The notes beneath the pieces were generated by a model that ran no database searches, had not been told where the DNA came from, and saw only the letters and a program-made list of their open reading frames with translations. Made by a program: the position numbers and the translations under genes. From an uncultured Planctomycetales bacterium (lineage in GTDB: Bacteria; Planctomycetota; Phycisphaerae; UBA1845; JAFGLZ01): 64,000 nucleotides of DNA. Shown here in pieces: positions 1-10,400 of the stretch (within the stretch, counting starts at the first letter, position 1; the number at the start of each line of letters is the position of its first letter). Location of the stretch: positions 73,496 to 137,495 of the forward strand of contig CAZQTW010000007.1 in assembly GCA_964596165.1 (NCBI GenBank), written 5' to 3'.

Positions 1-351
1 GTCGGTTTCGCCATGGATTCGCCCGAGGTGCAGCCGAAGGAGATCGTCGAGCAGCGCCGGCATTTACGGTCGGGCCGCCTCCGGTGTGCGTTCGCCCGGA
101 TGAATCGGCGGATGGTCGGCGTGGGGACGCTGGTCGTCGGCAATGAGGAGTTGGTCGGGGTGGGCACGCTGCCCGAATTCCGCCGGCGCGGCGTGGCGGC
201 CTCCGTAAGCAGCCACCTAATAGCCGAACACTTCGCACACGGTGGCAAGGTCGTCTGGCTCACGACGGGCGATGCCGCCGCCGAGGCGGTCTACCGCAAG
301 ATCGGCTTCCGTCCTGCCGGCGTGCGACTCCATTACACCGATGCCGGTTAG
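1..351 (+). CDS. GNAT family N-acetyltransferase, C-terminal part (5' end outside window)
   Basis: Frame is open from nt 1 to TAG at 349-351. The translation ...LVGVGTLPEFRRRGVAASVSSHLIAEHF...AEAVYRKIGFRPAG resembles the GNAT acetyl-CoA-binding motif (R-x-x-G-x-A). Confidence 0.7.
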   Translation, partial: VGFAMDSPEVQPKEIVEQRRHLRSGRLRCAFARMNRRMVGVGTLVVGNEELVGVGTLPEFRRRGVAASVSSHLIAEHFAHGGKVVWLTTGDAAAEAVYRKIGFRPAGVRLHYTDAG

Positions 352-575
352 GGGTTCGTGACCCACGGTTCCGACACCCGCACGTCAGGAATGTTGTGGC
401 GGCCGTCGGTTCTTGAAGCGGCCCGCGAATGCGCTTGCCCACCCGATCGCGGCGACCTCGACCCTGATCAACCACCGATTGACCCTACCTCCGTATGAGG
501 TATGATCTCGTCCGGCCGACCGGAGGAGAATCACCCGGAGGGTCCGGTTCCCCCGACGAACGGAGTCGCCGTCCG

Positions 576-3500
576 ATGCCCGACAGGTCCGACAAGCAAT
601 TTGTCCACCTGCACTGTCACACGCACTACTCGCTGCTGGACGGCGCCAACCATATCGAACCGCTGGTCAAACGGGCCAAGGACCTCGGCATGGAAGCCCT
701 GGCGTTCACCGACCACGGCAACATGTTCGCCACGATCGAGTTCTACGCGAAGGCGCTGTCCGCCGGGGTCAAGCCGATTATCGGTTGCGAGGTTTACTGC
801 GCCGCCAACAGCCGGTTCGAAAAGACCGGCGGGACCAACTGCCCCAGCTATCACCTGGTCCTGCTGGCGTCCAATCAGACGGGGTACCGCAACCTGATCA
901 AGCTGGTCAGCCTCGCCTATCTCGAGGGATTCTACTATCGCCCCCGGATCGACCGCGAACTGCTCGAGAAACACCACGAAGGCCTGATCCTCATCGACGG
1001 ACACCTGGGCAGCGACCTGGGCGACTACATGACTCGCGGTGACCCGGCCGGCGCCGAGCAAGCCGCCCGCTGGTATCGCGACCTGTTCGGGCCCGAACGC
1101 TTCTACATCGAGCTTCAACGGCACGGCAATCCGGTGCAGGACCGGCTCAACCCGCTGTTGATCGATCTGGCCGACCGGCTGAAGGTGCCGCTGGTGGCGA
1201 CGAACGACGTCCACTACCTGACGCGGGACGATGCGTTCGCCCAAGAGGTCATGATCTGCATCAATACGAGCAAGACGCTCAAGGACGAGAATCCGCTCAA
1301 GCACGAAACACAGGAGCTTTACCTGAAGAGTCCCGAGGAGATGGCCGTCCTCTTCCGCGATCGCCCCGACGCCATCGAAAACACCGTGCGGATCGCCGAG
1401 CAATGCAATGTCCCGCTTGATTTCAAGACGAGGCACGCGCCGGTCTTCCGTCCGCCGGACCGCAAGACGCCCGACGATTTTCTCCGCGAATTGGTCTACG
1501 CCCGCGCCGGCGAGAAGTATGGCCGGATCACGCCCGAACTCCGCGAGCGAATCAACTACGAGCTGGAGGTCATCGCCTCCAAAGGGTTCAGCAGTTACTT
1601 TCTGATCGTCTGGGATTTCGTCCAGTTCGCGCGATCCAAGGGAATCCCGGCCGGCGCGCGCGGCAGCGGGTGCAGCACGGTCATCGGCTACTGCCTGGGC
1701 CTGAGCGCGCCCGAGCCCATCCGGTACGGGCTGTACTTCGAACGGTTCATGGACCCCGAGCGCGACGAGATGCCCGACATCGACATCGACATCTGCCAGA
1801 ACGGCCGGGCCGAAGTCATCGAGTATGTCCGCCGGAAGTACGGACACGTCGCACAGATCATCACCTACGGAACGCTCAAGGCCCGCGCGGCGATCCGCGA
1901 CGTCTGCCGCGTGATGGAGGTGCCGCTGGGCGAGGCCGACACGCTCGCCAAGCTCGTGCCCAACGAACTGAAGATGACGATCGACAAGGCCCTCGCCCAG
2001 GAACCCGAGCTGAAGAAGGCCTACGAGGAGAACGAGCAGTACCGCAAGGTCATCGACATTGCGCGCAAGCTCGAGGGCATGGCCCGACACGCTTCGGTGC
2101 ATGCGGCGGGCGTCGTCGTGGCCGACAAGCCTCTGACCGACTTCCTGCCCCTCTGCAAGGTCTCCGACAACGACCACCCCATCACGCAGTTCGACGGGGC
2201 GGCCGTTGAGAAGGTCGGCCTACTCAAGATGGACTTTCTCGGCCTGCGAACGCTCACGATTCTGGAGCGGGCCAAGCAATTGGTCCACCAGCGAGACGGA
2301 CGCCCGCTCAACCTCGAGACGATCGATCTCACCGATCAGCGGGTCTACGACGTGTTCGCGCGCGGGCAAACCAAGGGCATCTTCCAGTTTGAGTCCGGCG
2401 GCATGCGCGACGTGCTCATGAAGATGCGACCGAACCGCATCGAGGACCTCATCGCGGCCAACGCCCTCTTCCGTCCGGGTCCGATGGTCAACATCGACGC
2501 TTACGTCGCCCGCAAGCATGGGCAGGAATGGACCACGCCGCATCCGGCGATGACCGAGGTTCTTCAGGAGACCTACGGCATCATGGTCTACCAGGAGCAG
2601 GTCTCGCGGCTCGTCAACCGGCTCGGCAACATCGAGCTGAAACGGGCGTTCCGCCTGGCCAAGGCCATCAGCAAGAAGCGGACGGCGATGATCGAGGCGG
2701 AGCGCCAACCCTTCATCGACGGCGCGGTCGCCAACGGCGTGGCGAGGGAAACGGCCGACAAGATCTTTGAGGACATCCTGCGATTCGGCGGGTACGCCTT
2801 CAACAAGGCGCACTCGACCGGTTATGCGCTGGTGGCGTTCGAGACGGCCTACATGAAGACGTACTATCCGGTCGAGTTCATGGCGGCGCTGCTGACCTAT
2901 GAAATCCCCGCCGCCAAGCCCGACGAGCGCGGCCTCTACATCGACGAATGCCGCCGGATGGACATCGCCGTCCGCCCGCCCGACATCAATCAGTCGAACG
3001 CGGATTTCACCGTCGTGTACGAGGATGCTCCTGTCGGCAACGGCAACGAAAAGGTCGGCCGGAAGGCATATATCCGTTTCGGCCTGGCGGGCATCAAGGG
3101 CGTCGGCGAAGCGGCGGTTCACGCCATTCTCGAGGCCCGCGAGAAACACGGGCCGTTCCGGGACATCTTCGACTTCTGCGAGCACGTCGACCCGCAGAAG
3201 GTGAACAAGTCGGTGGTGGAGGCATTGATCAAGGCCGGCGCGTTCGACGGCACCGGGGCGATGCGCAAGGCGTTGATGGAGGTCGCCGAGCGGGCGATGC
3301 AGATGGGGTGCGAGGTGCAGCGCGATCGCCGCGCCGGCCAGATGACGATGTTCGACACCTTCCAGACGGAAGCAGAAACCTCCCACACCAGGACCATCGG
3401 TTCCAGCGAATGGACCGAGTCGGAGATGCTGGCGCACGAGAAGGAAGCCCTCGGATTCTATGTCACCAGCCACCCCTTGGGACAACACGCCGAAACCCTC

Positions 3501-4196
3501 TCGCGATTCACGACGGCCGACGTGGTTGACCTGAGGAGGCCGGAGTTCGGCGACGGAACGCAAGTCGTCCTGGGCGGCATGATCACCAAGATCCGAACGG
3601 TCGTCACCAAGGCGGGCCGGAACCCCGGCTCCAAGATGGGCATCGTGACGCTCGAGGACCTGACCGGCAGCGTCGAGGTCGTGCTGTTCCCCGACGACCT
3701 CGAAAAGCATCGTCCCTTGATCGCGGCGGACCGCCTGGCCCTATTCTGCGGGCAGGTGGACCGCCGCCGCCAAGAGCCGAGCGTCCGGGTCAGCGAAGTC
3801 ATCCCGATCGAACAGGCCGCCGAGCGGCTCGCGCAGGGCGTCATCGTGAGAGTACAGTGCGTGGGGACCGAGGAGAAGGTCTTACGGCAATTGCAGGATG
3901 TCTGCCGGGCGCATCCGGGCCAGACGCCGTTGTTCGTACAACTGGTCACACCGACCGGCCTCCGTGTTCTGGTGCGGTGCCGCCAGCCAAGCGGAGTCAA
4001 GCCTGACCACGCATTCCTGCGTGACGTGGCCGGCCTGTTGGGCGACGAGCACGTGATCATCGAGGGCCCGCCCCGCCGGGTTCCTCGGCGCGCCGCTGTC
4101 GTCGCGGAGGAGACCGTCCCTGCCGAGTCTGCCGCCATCGAGGAACCCCCGCCGCCGTCGGCAGAAGACGAGGCCGAACACGAAGTCTACGCGTAG
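576..4196 (+). CDS. dnaE: DNA polymerase III alpha subunit
   Basis: Long ORF with PHP-domain N-terminus FVHLHCHTHYSLLDG, polymerase core motifs (GFSSYFLIVWDF, MPDIDIDI) and a C-terminal OB-like region. ATG at 576 follows GGAG at 562-565 and gives a conventional N-terminus. The ORF-track start at 495 is an upstream in-frame ATG. Confidence 0.95.
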   Translation: MPDRSDKQFVHLHCHTHYSLLDGANHIEPLVKRAKDLGMEALAFTDHGNMFATIEFYAKALSAGVKPIIGCEVYCAANSRFEKTGGTNCPSYHLVLLASNQTGYRNLIKLVSLAYLEGFYYRPRIDRELLEKHHEGLILIDGHLGSDLGDYMTRGDPAGAEQAARWYRDLFGPERFYIELQRHGNPVQDRLNPLLIDLADRLKVPLVATNDVHYLTRDDAFAQEVMICINTSKTLKDENPLKHETQELYLKSPEEMAVLFRDRPDAIENTVRIAEQCNVPLDFKTRHAPVFRPPDRKTPDDFLRELVYARAGEKYGRITPELRERINYELEVIASKGFSSYFLIVWDFVQFARSKGIPAGARGSGCSTVIGYCLGLSAPEPIRYGLYFERFMDPERDEMPDIDIDICQNGRAEVIEYVRRKYGHVAQIITYGTLKARAAIRDVCRVMEVPLGEADTLAKLVPNELKMTIDKALAQEPELKKAYEENEQYRKVIDIARKLEGMARHASVHAAGVVVADKPLTDFLPLCKVSDNDHPITQFDGAAVEKVGLLKMDFLGLRTLTILERAKQLVHQRDGRPLNLETIDLTDQRVYDVFARGQTKGIFQFESGGMRDVLMKMRPNRIEDLIAANALFRPGPMVNIDAYVARKHGQEWTTPHPAMTEVLQETYGIMVYQEQVSRLVNRLGNIELKRAFRLAKAISKKRTAMIEAERQPFIDGAVANGVARETADKIFEDILRFGGYAFNKAHSTGYALVAFETAYMKTYYPVEFMAALLTYEIPAAKPDERGLYIDECRRMDIAVRPPDINQSNADFTVVYEDAPVGNGNEKVGRKAYIRFGLAGIKGVGEAAVHAILEAREKHGPFRDIFDFCEHVDPQKVNKSVVEALIKAGAFDGTGAMRKALMEVAERAMQMGCEVQRDRRAGQMTMFDTFQTEAETSHTRTIGSSEWTESEMLAHEKEALGFYVTSHPLGQHAETLSRFTTADVVDLRRPEFGDGTQVVLGGMITKIRTVVTKAGRNPGSKMGIVTLEDLTGSVEVVLFPDDLEKHRPLIAADRLALFCGQVDRRRQEPSVRVSEVIPIEQAAERLAQGVIVRVQCVGTEEKVLRQLQDVCRAHPGQTPLFVQLVTPTGLRVLVRCRQPSGVKPDHAFLRDVAGLLGDEHVIIEGPPRRVPRRAAVVAEETVPAESAAIEEPPPPSAEDEAEHEVYA

Positions 4197-4505
4197 CTTG
4201 ATCGTGGTGGTCAGGTCGGCCGAGTAGCTGCCGCACTGAACGGTAACCGTCGAGTTGCCCGTGACCGAAATCGTCGTGTTGCATATCCCTAGCGGAAGCT
4301 TCCTGCTTGCGGGCCTAATGGATGCCCCTCTTGCGTCCGTCCGGTCATCTGTTCCTCTGCAATTCCTGTGCATTGAGTCAGTCGGGCGCCACGCCGGGCG
4401 GGGCACCGGCCGCTGCACTCAAGCGCAAACCGCTCCGGCCCGCTTCCGGGCCATTTGGGGGGAATGGGTTACATAGCCCACGCTCACGATCTTCAGCGGA
4501 TGACG

Positions 4506-5450
4506 TCACGGGAAGAGCTGGCTGATGTCGATGTCCCGTCCCTGCTGTGCATACAGTTGGTTGAACAGGTAGGTGAGAAATGGACGCGCATCGGCCAGGT
4601 TGAACGGATTGATCGGGCGGCCGTGAGGATTGGCGGCACTCGTCGGCTGGGGATCGCGGTGGAGCTCGACGTGACCGTCGAAGTACGCCAGGCTTCCCCG
4701 CTTGTACAGTCCCGAGTAGTCCGGTTGTTCCTTCACGGGCTGACCGTGGTATTGGCCTATCTCGTCATACAGGAAGAACACGCAATCCGCCCGCATGGGC
4801 CAATCCTCGCCCGGGTCGGAGTTGTAGGTGTAATCGCCCGCCACATGGCGGTTCCATTGTTCGTCGATCAGCATGATCAGCGAACTGGGGGAGAAGATGG
4901 CGCCAAGTCTCATCGTCGGTCCGCGGAAGTCACCAAAGAACGGGTTGCTCCCATCCCCCCCGAGAAAGGGTGGGGGACGCCACTTCTTACACGCGATGCT
5001 CCGGGTGTAGTTGAAGCGATGCTGCATGATACCCGCGTCGTGGATCCGCTCAAATTCAGGGCAGCGATACAGGTCGCCGAAACGGGTGTAGGGGAACAGC
5101 ACCCCGCTCTGCGGCAGACGAACACCGGCATTGACCCAACCGTCTTCGTCCAACGTGTGGTCAAGGACGATCTGCATCTGGTTTGGTTCGGCCAGCCAGG
5201 CCTCGTTCGGGTCGGGCCTGTCGAACCCGTGGTCGACGAAGGGAGGCGACTCCTTGAAGTCATCGGCGTAGAGCAGCAATCCTTTGCTAAGCTGTGCGAT
5301 GCGGGTGCCGCAGAGCGTCGTTCTGGCCTGACTGCGCGCCTTGCTGAGGCTTGGCAGGAGGATGGAGATCAACAGGGCAATAATGGCGACGACAACCAAC
5401 AACTCAATGAGCGTAAAACCGACTGGTGCCGGTCGGTGGAGTCTGCGCAT
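4506..5450 (-). CDS. Prepilin-type N-terminal cleavage/methylation domain protein, DUF1559-like (type II pseudopilin-like)
   Basis: Internal ATG at 5450 gives MRRLHRPAPVG|FTLIELLVVVAIIALLISILLPSL, a class III signal peptide with Glu at +5. The C-terminal ...LAYFDGHVELH is typical of planctomycetal DUF1559 proteins. The upstream part of the 396-aa ORF is not protein-like. Confidence 0.85.
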   Translation of the reverse strand: MRRLHRPAPVGFTLIELLVVVAIIALLISILLPSLSKARSQARTTLCGTRIAQLSKGLLLYADDFKESPPFVDHGFDRPDPNEAWLAEPNQMQIVLDHTLDEDGWVNAGVRLPQSGVLFPYTRFGDLYRCPEFERIHDAGIMQHRFNYTRSIACKKWRPPPFLGGDGSNPFFGDFRGPTMRLGAIFSPSSLIMLIDEQWNRHVAGDYTYNSDPGEDWPMRADCVFFLYDEIGQYHGQPVKEQPDYSGLYKRGSLAYFDGHVELHRDPQPTSAANPHGRPINPFNLADARPFLTYLFNQLYAQQGRDIDISQLFP

Positions 5451-5593
5451 GTTGATTGAATAGGCCATTTCGAGGTGATTTCTCCCCACAAAGGAGTTCC
5501 ATTTAATCATACACGGACACCACAACACGGCCAAGGTGGTTCGGCAAGGAACTTTGCGGTTCGCCCGCTGCAAACGTACCATCGAGGCGAGGC

Positions 5594-5627
5594 GCAAGAA
5601 AAGAGGCGCACGTTTCATGCGCCTCTT
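5594..5627 (-). terminator. Candidate intrinsic terminator downstream of the lipoprotein gene
   Basis: Perfect 10-bp stem AAGAGGCGCA (5601-5610) / TGCGCCTCTT (5618-5627) with a 7-nt loop. On the minus-strand RNA the stem runs into UUUUCUUGC. It lies about 50 nt after the stop at 5677. Confidence 0.55.
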
Positions 5628-5676
5628 GGCATATGCCGGCAAGTCAGGGGGGCAGAAGCACCCGGCTGCGCCGGTG

Positions 5677-6018
5677 CTACTTCTCCACCCGGGCAAGTTT
5701 GAGCTGGTCGGTGCCGCGCTTCAGTTGGAGCGTCTTGTTCATGATGACCATGGCATTCCAGACCTGGTCGCCCTCTTTGGTGCTCAATTTGAGCTGGAAG
5801 CCGTTGAACTGGTACTTCCCGACCTTTGACACCTTCTGTTTTGCCTCGATCATGTCGGCTTTGAACATGCCGTCTTTAGTGAACTCGATGTGCTGAATGA
5901 TGTTCTTGGCATTTTTGAGGTCGGCTGTGGTCTCGACGTTCCATTTGCCCACGATGAAATTGTTGCATCCTGCAAGAACAAACAGCCCTAGCGTTAGGAT
6001 AGCGAGTCTCGCTCTCAC
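5677..6018 (-). CDS. Small lipoprotein, lipocalin-like, function unknown
   Basis: MRARLAILTLGLFVLAGC has a lipobox (L-A-G-C). 113 aa. The gene is visibly less GC-rich than its neighbours. Confidence 0.7.
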   Translation of the reverse strand: MRARLAILTLGLFVLAGCNNFIVGKWNVETTADLKNAKNIIQHIEFTKDGMFKADMIEAKQKVSKVGKYQFNGFQLKLSTKEGDQVWNAMVIMNKTLQLKRGTDQLKLARVEK

Positions 6019-6318
6019 GATAGAAGCTCCTTATGTGTTCACGACTTACTGTTCGATAGGAAAGCGAACTACCATCGGAGCAACCTCCTGCCGCTCCGCG
6101 CCAAGTCAACCCAAGACGCTACTATAAGTTAAATATCGGACGTTGGGCTTGTCAACGGTTAGGAAATGTTCCGCCCCGGAAAACCCTAAGCCGGCTGCTT
6201 GCTTGCGGGTGGAGATGGCATCTATAGAATGGGGACTCATGAGTCTTGTCCATGTGTTTCTTCACAGTCACGTCCCGGGCATTTCAGTCCCGGGCATCGG
6301 CCTGATGGAGTCGGTCAC

Positions 6319-7440
6319 ATGAGGCACGTTGGTCAAGCGGGCGGAGTCCGACGAATCATCAAGCAGGTGTTCGTCGGTGTCGTCTTTCTGGTCGTCGTCG
6401 TGTTCCTAATGCTTTGGCTCATAGGGAGTTTCAGGCCAAAGGTGGGTGCTGTGGGGTCGGGGTCGGTCGTTAAACGACGTGTCGGCGATGCACGGTTGGT
6501 ACCGGTGCGGTCGCTTCGGGTGCCCACCACCGAGTCGGCGGTCGGGACGATTCGGGCGGTGTACGAGTCGTCGGTGGCCTCGAAGATCTTGGCGAGGGTG
6601 GTGGAGGTCCGGATCAAGGCCGGGCAGAAGGTGGCCAAGGATGAGGTCTTGATTCGCCTCGACGACGCGGATCTTAAGGCCCGCCGTCAACAGGCCGAGG
6701 CGGCCGCTGTTGCCGCCCGGGCCAATAGCGATCAGGCCAAGACCGAGTTCAACCGAATTGAAGGGCTCTTCAAACAAAACGCGGCGGCCAAGATAGAGTT
6801 TGAGCGGGCGACCACGGCGCTGAAAGACGCGGAGGCGAAGCTCGAGCAGGCCAACCAGGCCCTTCGCGAGGCCGAAACCAACCTTGGATACGCGACGATT
6901 GTCAGTCCGCTGACCGGCGTGGTGGTGGACAAAAAGGTCGAGTCGGGGGACACGGTGACGCCGGGACAGGTGCTGGCGACGCTCTACGACCCGACACACA
7001 TGCAGCTTGTGGCCAGCGTCCGCGAATCGCTGACGCATCGGCTGAGGGTCGGGCAGACGATCGGGGTTCAAATCGAATCCCTCGGCAAGACGTGTGAGGG
7101 TCAGGTCAGCGAGATTGTCCCCGAGGCGCAGTCGGCAAGTCGATCGTTCCAGGTGAAGGTCACCGGGCCGTGTCCGCCGGGAATGTACACGGGGATGTTC
7201 GGTCGACTGCTGATTCCGTTGGATGAGGAAGATGTCCTTGTCGTGCCGCGAGCGGCCGTCCGTCATGTCGGACAACTGGACATCGTCGACGTGGCCGACG
7301 AAGCGGGCAAGACCCTGCGTCGTCGGAGCGTCCAACTAGGCCGGATCTTCGGCGATGACGTTCAGGTATTGTCCGGCTTGAGGGCGGGAGAGAAGGTCGC
7401 TTTGGCCGTGGTCGGCGAAACCGATCGCAAGGGGATCTGA
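6319..7440 (+). CDS. Efflux RND transporter periplasmic adaptor subunit (HlyD/MFP family)
   Basis: ATG at 6319 gives an N-terminal TM anchor (VFVGVVFLVVVVFLMLWLIG). A coiled-coil segment (ADLKARRQQAEAAA...AEAKLEQANQALREAETNLGYATIVSPLTGVV) and beta-barrel motifs follow. The stop is 2 nt before the RND permease start. Confidence 0.85.
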   Translation: MRHVGQAGGVRRIIKQVFVGVVFLVVVVFLMLWLIGSFRPKVGAVGSGSVVKRRVGDARLVPVRSLRVPTTESAVGTIRAVYESSVASKILARVVEVRIKAGQKVAKDEVLIRLDDADLKARRQQAEAAAVAARANSDQAKTEFNRIEGLFKQNAAAKIEFERATTALKDAEAKLEQANQALREAETNLGYATIVSPLTGVVVDKKVESGDTVTPGQVLATLYDPTHMQLVASVRESLTHRLRVGQTIGVQIESLGKTCEGQVSEIVPEAQSASRSFQVKVTGPCPPGMYTGMFGRLLIPLDEEDVLVVPRAAVRHVGQLDIVDVADEAGKTLRRRSVQLGRIFGDDVQVLSGLRAGEKVALAVVGETDRKGI

Positions 7441-7442
7441 CG

Positions 7443-10400
7443 ATGCCCACAGATACGACTTCCAGGCCGGAAGATCCGCGTCATGATCCCTCGCATCCGC
7501 ACCACGGCTTCACCAACGCCGTCGTTCGCATTTTCCTTCACTCCAATCTGTCCATCGTGCTGATCATCCTGGCGGCGGCGGTGGGGATCACCTCGCTGAT
7601 GGTCACGCCTCGCGAGGAGGATCCGCAGATCATCGTGCCGCTGGCCGACGTGTTCGTCGGTTTTCCGGGGCACTCGGCCGAGGAAGTCGAGCGGCTCGTG
7701 GCCACGCCTTTGGAAAAGCTGCTCTACCAAATCGACGGCGTGGAGTACGTCTATTCGATGTCGCGTGAGGACCAGGCGATCATCACGGTGCGGTACTACG
7801 TCGGTGAGGATCGCGAGCGAAGCCTCGTCAAACTCTATAAGCGGATCGACGAGCACATCGACATCGTACCGCCGGGCGTGACGGGGTGGGTCGTCAAGCC
7901 GGTCGAAATCGACGACGTGCCGATCGTCACGCTGACCCTGAAGAGCAGGACCTCCGACTCGTACACGCTGCGCCGGGTGGCCGAGGAGATGGTCGAACGC
8001 CTGGCGGCGGTCAAGGACACCTCACGGGCGTACGTCGTCGGCGGGCAGCCGCGAACGGCGTATGTCCGGCTGGACGCGGATCGAATGGCCGCGCACAACG
8101 TGTCCCCTTTCGAGATTCAGAAGGCGATTCAGGGCGCCGACGTCACGCGAACGGCGGGGGAGTTCGCCAAAGACGATGCGGTGTACCGCGTCGAGGTCGG
8201 GCGGGCGTTTTCCCGCGTGACGGAACTGAGGGACCTGGTAGTCGGCGTGTTCGGCGGACGGCCGGTCTTCCTCAAGGACGTGGCGAACGTGGCGGACGGG
8301 CCGGCGGAGCCGACGGACTACGTGCGGCACGGATGGGGTCCGGCCCGCGGGTTTGAACACCATGAGCATTTCACGGGGACGCTGATCGGAGCGCCGGCGG
8401 GGTCCTCCGAGCAGGACGGCGCGGCGGGTGGGCAGCCGAGGCTCGGTGAAGGAGGTCCCCCCGGCGCGACTCCGGCGGTGACGATCGCACTGGCTAAGAA
8501 GAAGGGAACCAACGCCGTGTGGGTCGCCGAGGACATCCTCAAGGCGGCTGAGGAACTGAAACGCGACATCGTGCCCGACGACGTCGAGGTGGTCATCACT
8601 CGCAACTACGGCCTGACGTCGAACGAGAAGGTCAATGAGCTGGTCGAGGCGCTGGCCGTGGCGATCTTCATCGTGATCGCCCTGCTGACCATCGGGCTGG
8701 GCTGGCGGGAATCGCTGATCGTAGCCGTCGCCGTACCCGTGGTGTTCGGACTCACGTTGACGGTCAACCTTCTGTGCGGCTACACGATCAACCGCGTGAC
8801 GCTTTTCGCGATGATCCTGTCGCTGGGGTTGCTCGTGGACGATCCGATCGTCGACGTGGAGAACATCGCTCGGCATTTCTCGTTGCGGCGACGTGCGACG
8901 CGGGAGATCGTCCTGGAAGCGGTCGCGGAAATCCGCCCGCCGCTGATCACGGCGACGCTGGCGGTTATCGTCTCGTTCCTGCCGATGTTCTTCATCACGG
9001 GGATGATGGGACCGTACATGCGGCCGATGGCGCTGAACGTTCCCGTAACGATGCTGATGTCGATGGTGGTCGCGTTTACGATCACGCCGTGGCTGGCCTA
9101 CCACGTTCTCCACAAGCACTACGGACGCTCCGACACGGAGCCGTCACTCGTGAAGAGCCCGGCGACCCCGTCGGGCGGCGAGGCGGACGACATGGAGGCC
9201 GTCAAGCGGACCTTCCTGTATCGCATGTTCTACCCGCTCATGGCCCCGCTGTTGCATTCGCGCAAGGTCGCGTGGGGGTTCCTGGGTGTGATGGGGGCAT
9301 TGATGCTCGGCGCGGCGGCACTGGCGGCCACACGACACGTCCAGCTCAAGATGCTTCCCTTCGACAACAAGAACGAACTCCTGCTGGTGCTCGACTTCGA
9401 CGAGGGCACGACGCTCGAGCGATCCGACGCGGCGGTTCGCCAGTTTGAGGAATATCTGGCGGGCGTGCCCGAGGTCACCGACTACACATCGTATGTCGGT
9501 GTGGGCTCGCCGATGGATTTCAACGGATTGGTTCGGCACTACTACCTCCGACGAGGGGACAATGTGGCCGATATTCGCGTCAACTTGGTGGGCAAAAAGG
9601 CCCGCCGGCAGCAGAGCCACGCGATCGGGCTGCGGGTTCGCGACGACCTGACGGCAATCGCGGCGAAACACCAGGCCCGACTGAAGATCGTCGAGACGCC
9701 GCCGGGACCGCCGGTCATCGCCACATTGGTGGGCGAGGTCTATGGCCGGCCCGATCAGCGGTATGGCGACTTGATCGCCGCCGCCCGGACCGTGGCCGCC
9801 CGGATGCGGGTCGAGCCGGGCGTGGTGGACGTTGACGACACGGTCGAGGCGGACAGCCGCAAGCTCGTGTTTGTCACCGACAAGGAGAAGGCCGCGCTTG
9901 CCGGCGTGTCGGTGAGTGAGATCGCCGACACAATCCGGATTGCCCTGGCCGGCGCGGTGGTCGACACGATTCGCGAACCGTCGGAACGAAATCCGCTAAA
10001 GATCGAACTGCGTCTGCCTCGGGCCGTCCGATCCGGCACGGCCGATCTGGGGCGGCTGCATGTCAAAGGTCAAGGCGGAGAGATGGTTTCTCTGGCCGAG
10101 CTGGGTCGATGGGAGAACGCTTCGGTCGACAAGACGATCTATCACAAGAACCTTGAGCGGGTAGTGTACGTTTTCGCCGAGACGGCGGGGGTTCCGCCGG
10201 CGGCGGCCGTCGTGGACATCCAGGCGGATCGTGTCGCGTGGGCATCAGCGGTCATGCGGTCAGGTTCGCCTTCATCCCAGCCTGCCGGTAGCAAGAACGC
10301 CCCCGAATCCTCCCTCGGCAACGGGGGACACAGCAGGGTCGGCAGCGGTTGGGTCAGCGAGGCCCAGCCGCGCCCGCTCGAGGGGCGAACGTTCCTGAAC

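Noticed and set aside
531-3710. Long minus-strand ORFs (531..2177, 2220..3710) opposite dnaE.
   Set aside because: They are antisense to an unambiguous DnaE, of low complexity, and carry no motifs.
4197-4420. Minus-strand segment encoding a beta-strand-like NTTISVTGNSTVTVQCGSYSADLTTTIK downstream of dnaE.
   Set aside because: It is only about 30 plausible codons inside an otherwise Arg-rich ORF that overlaps the dnaE 3' end. It has no start or SD and is likely chance or a very old remnant.
4437-4452. Small hairpin GGCCCG-cttc-CGGGCC after dnaE as a terminator.
   Set aside because: It has a 6-bp stem followed only by ATTTGGGG, so the evidence is too weak to call.
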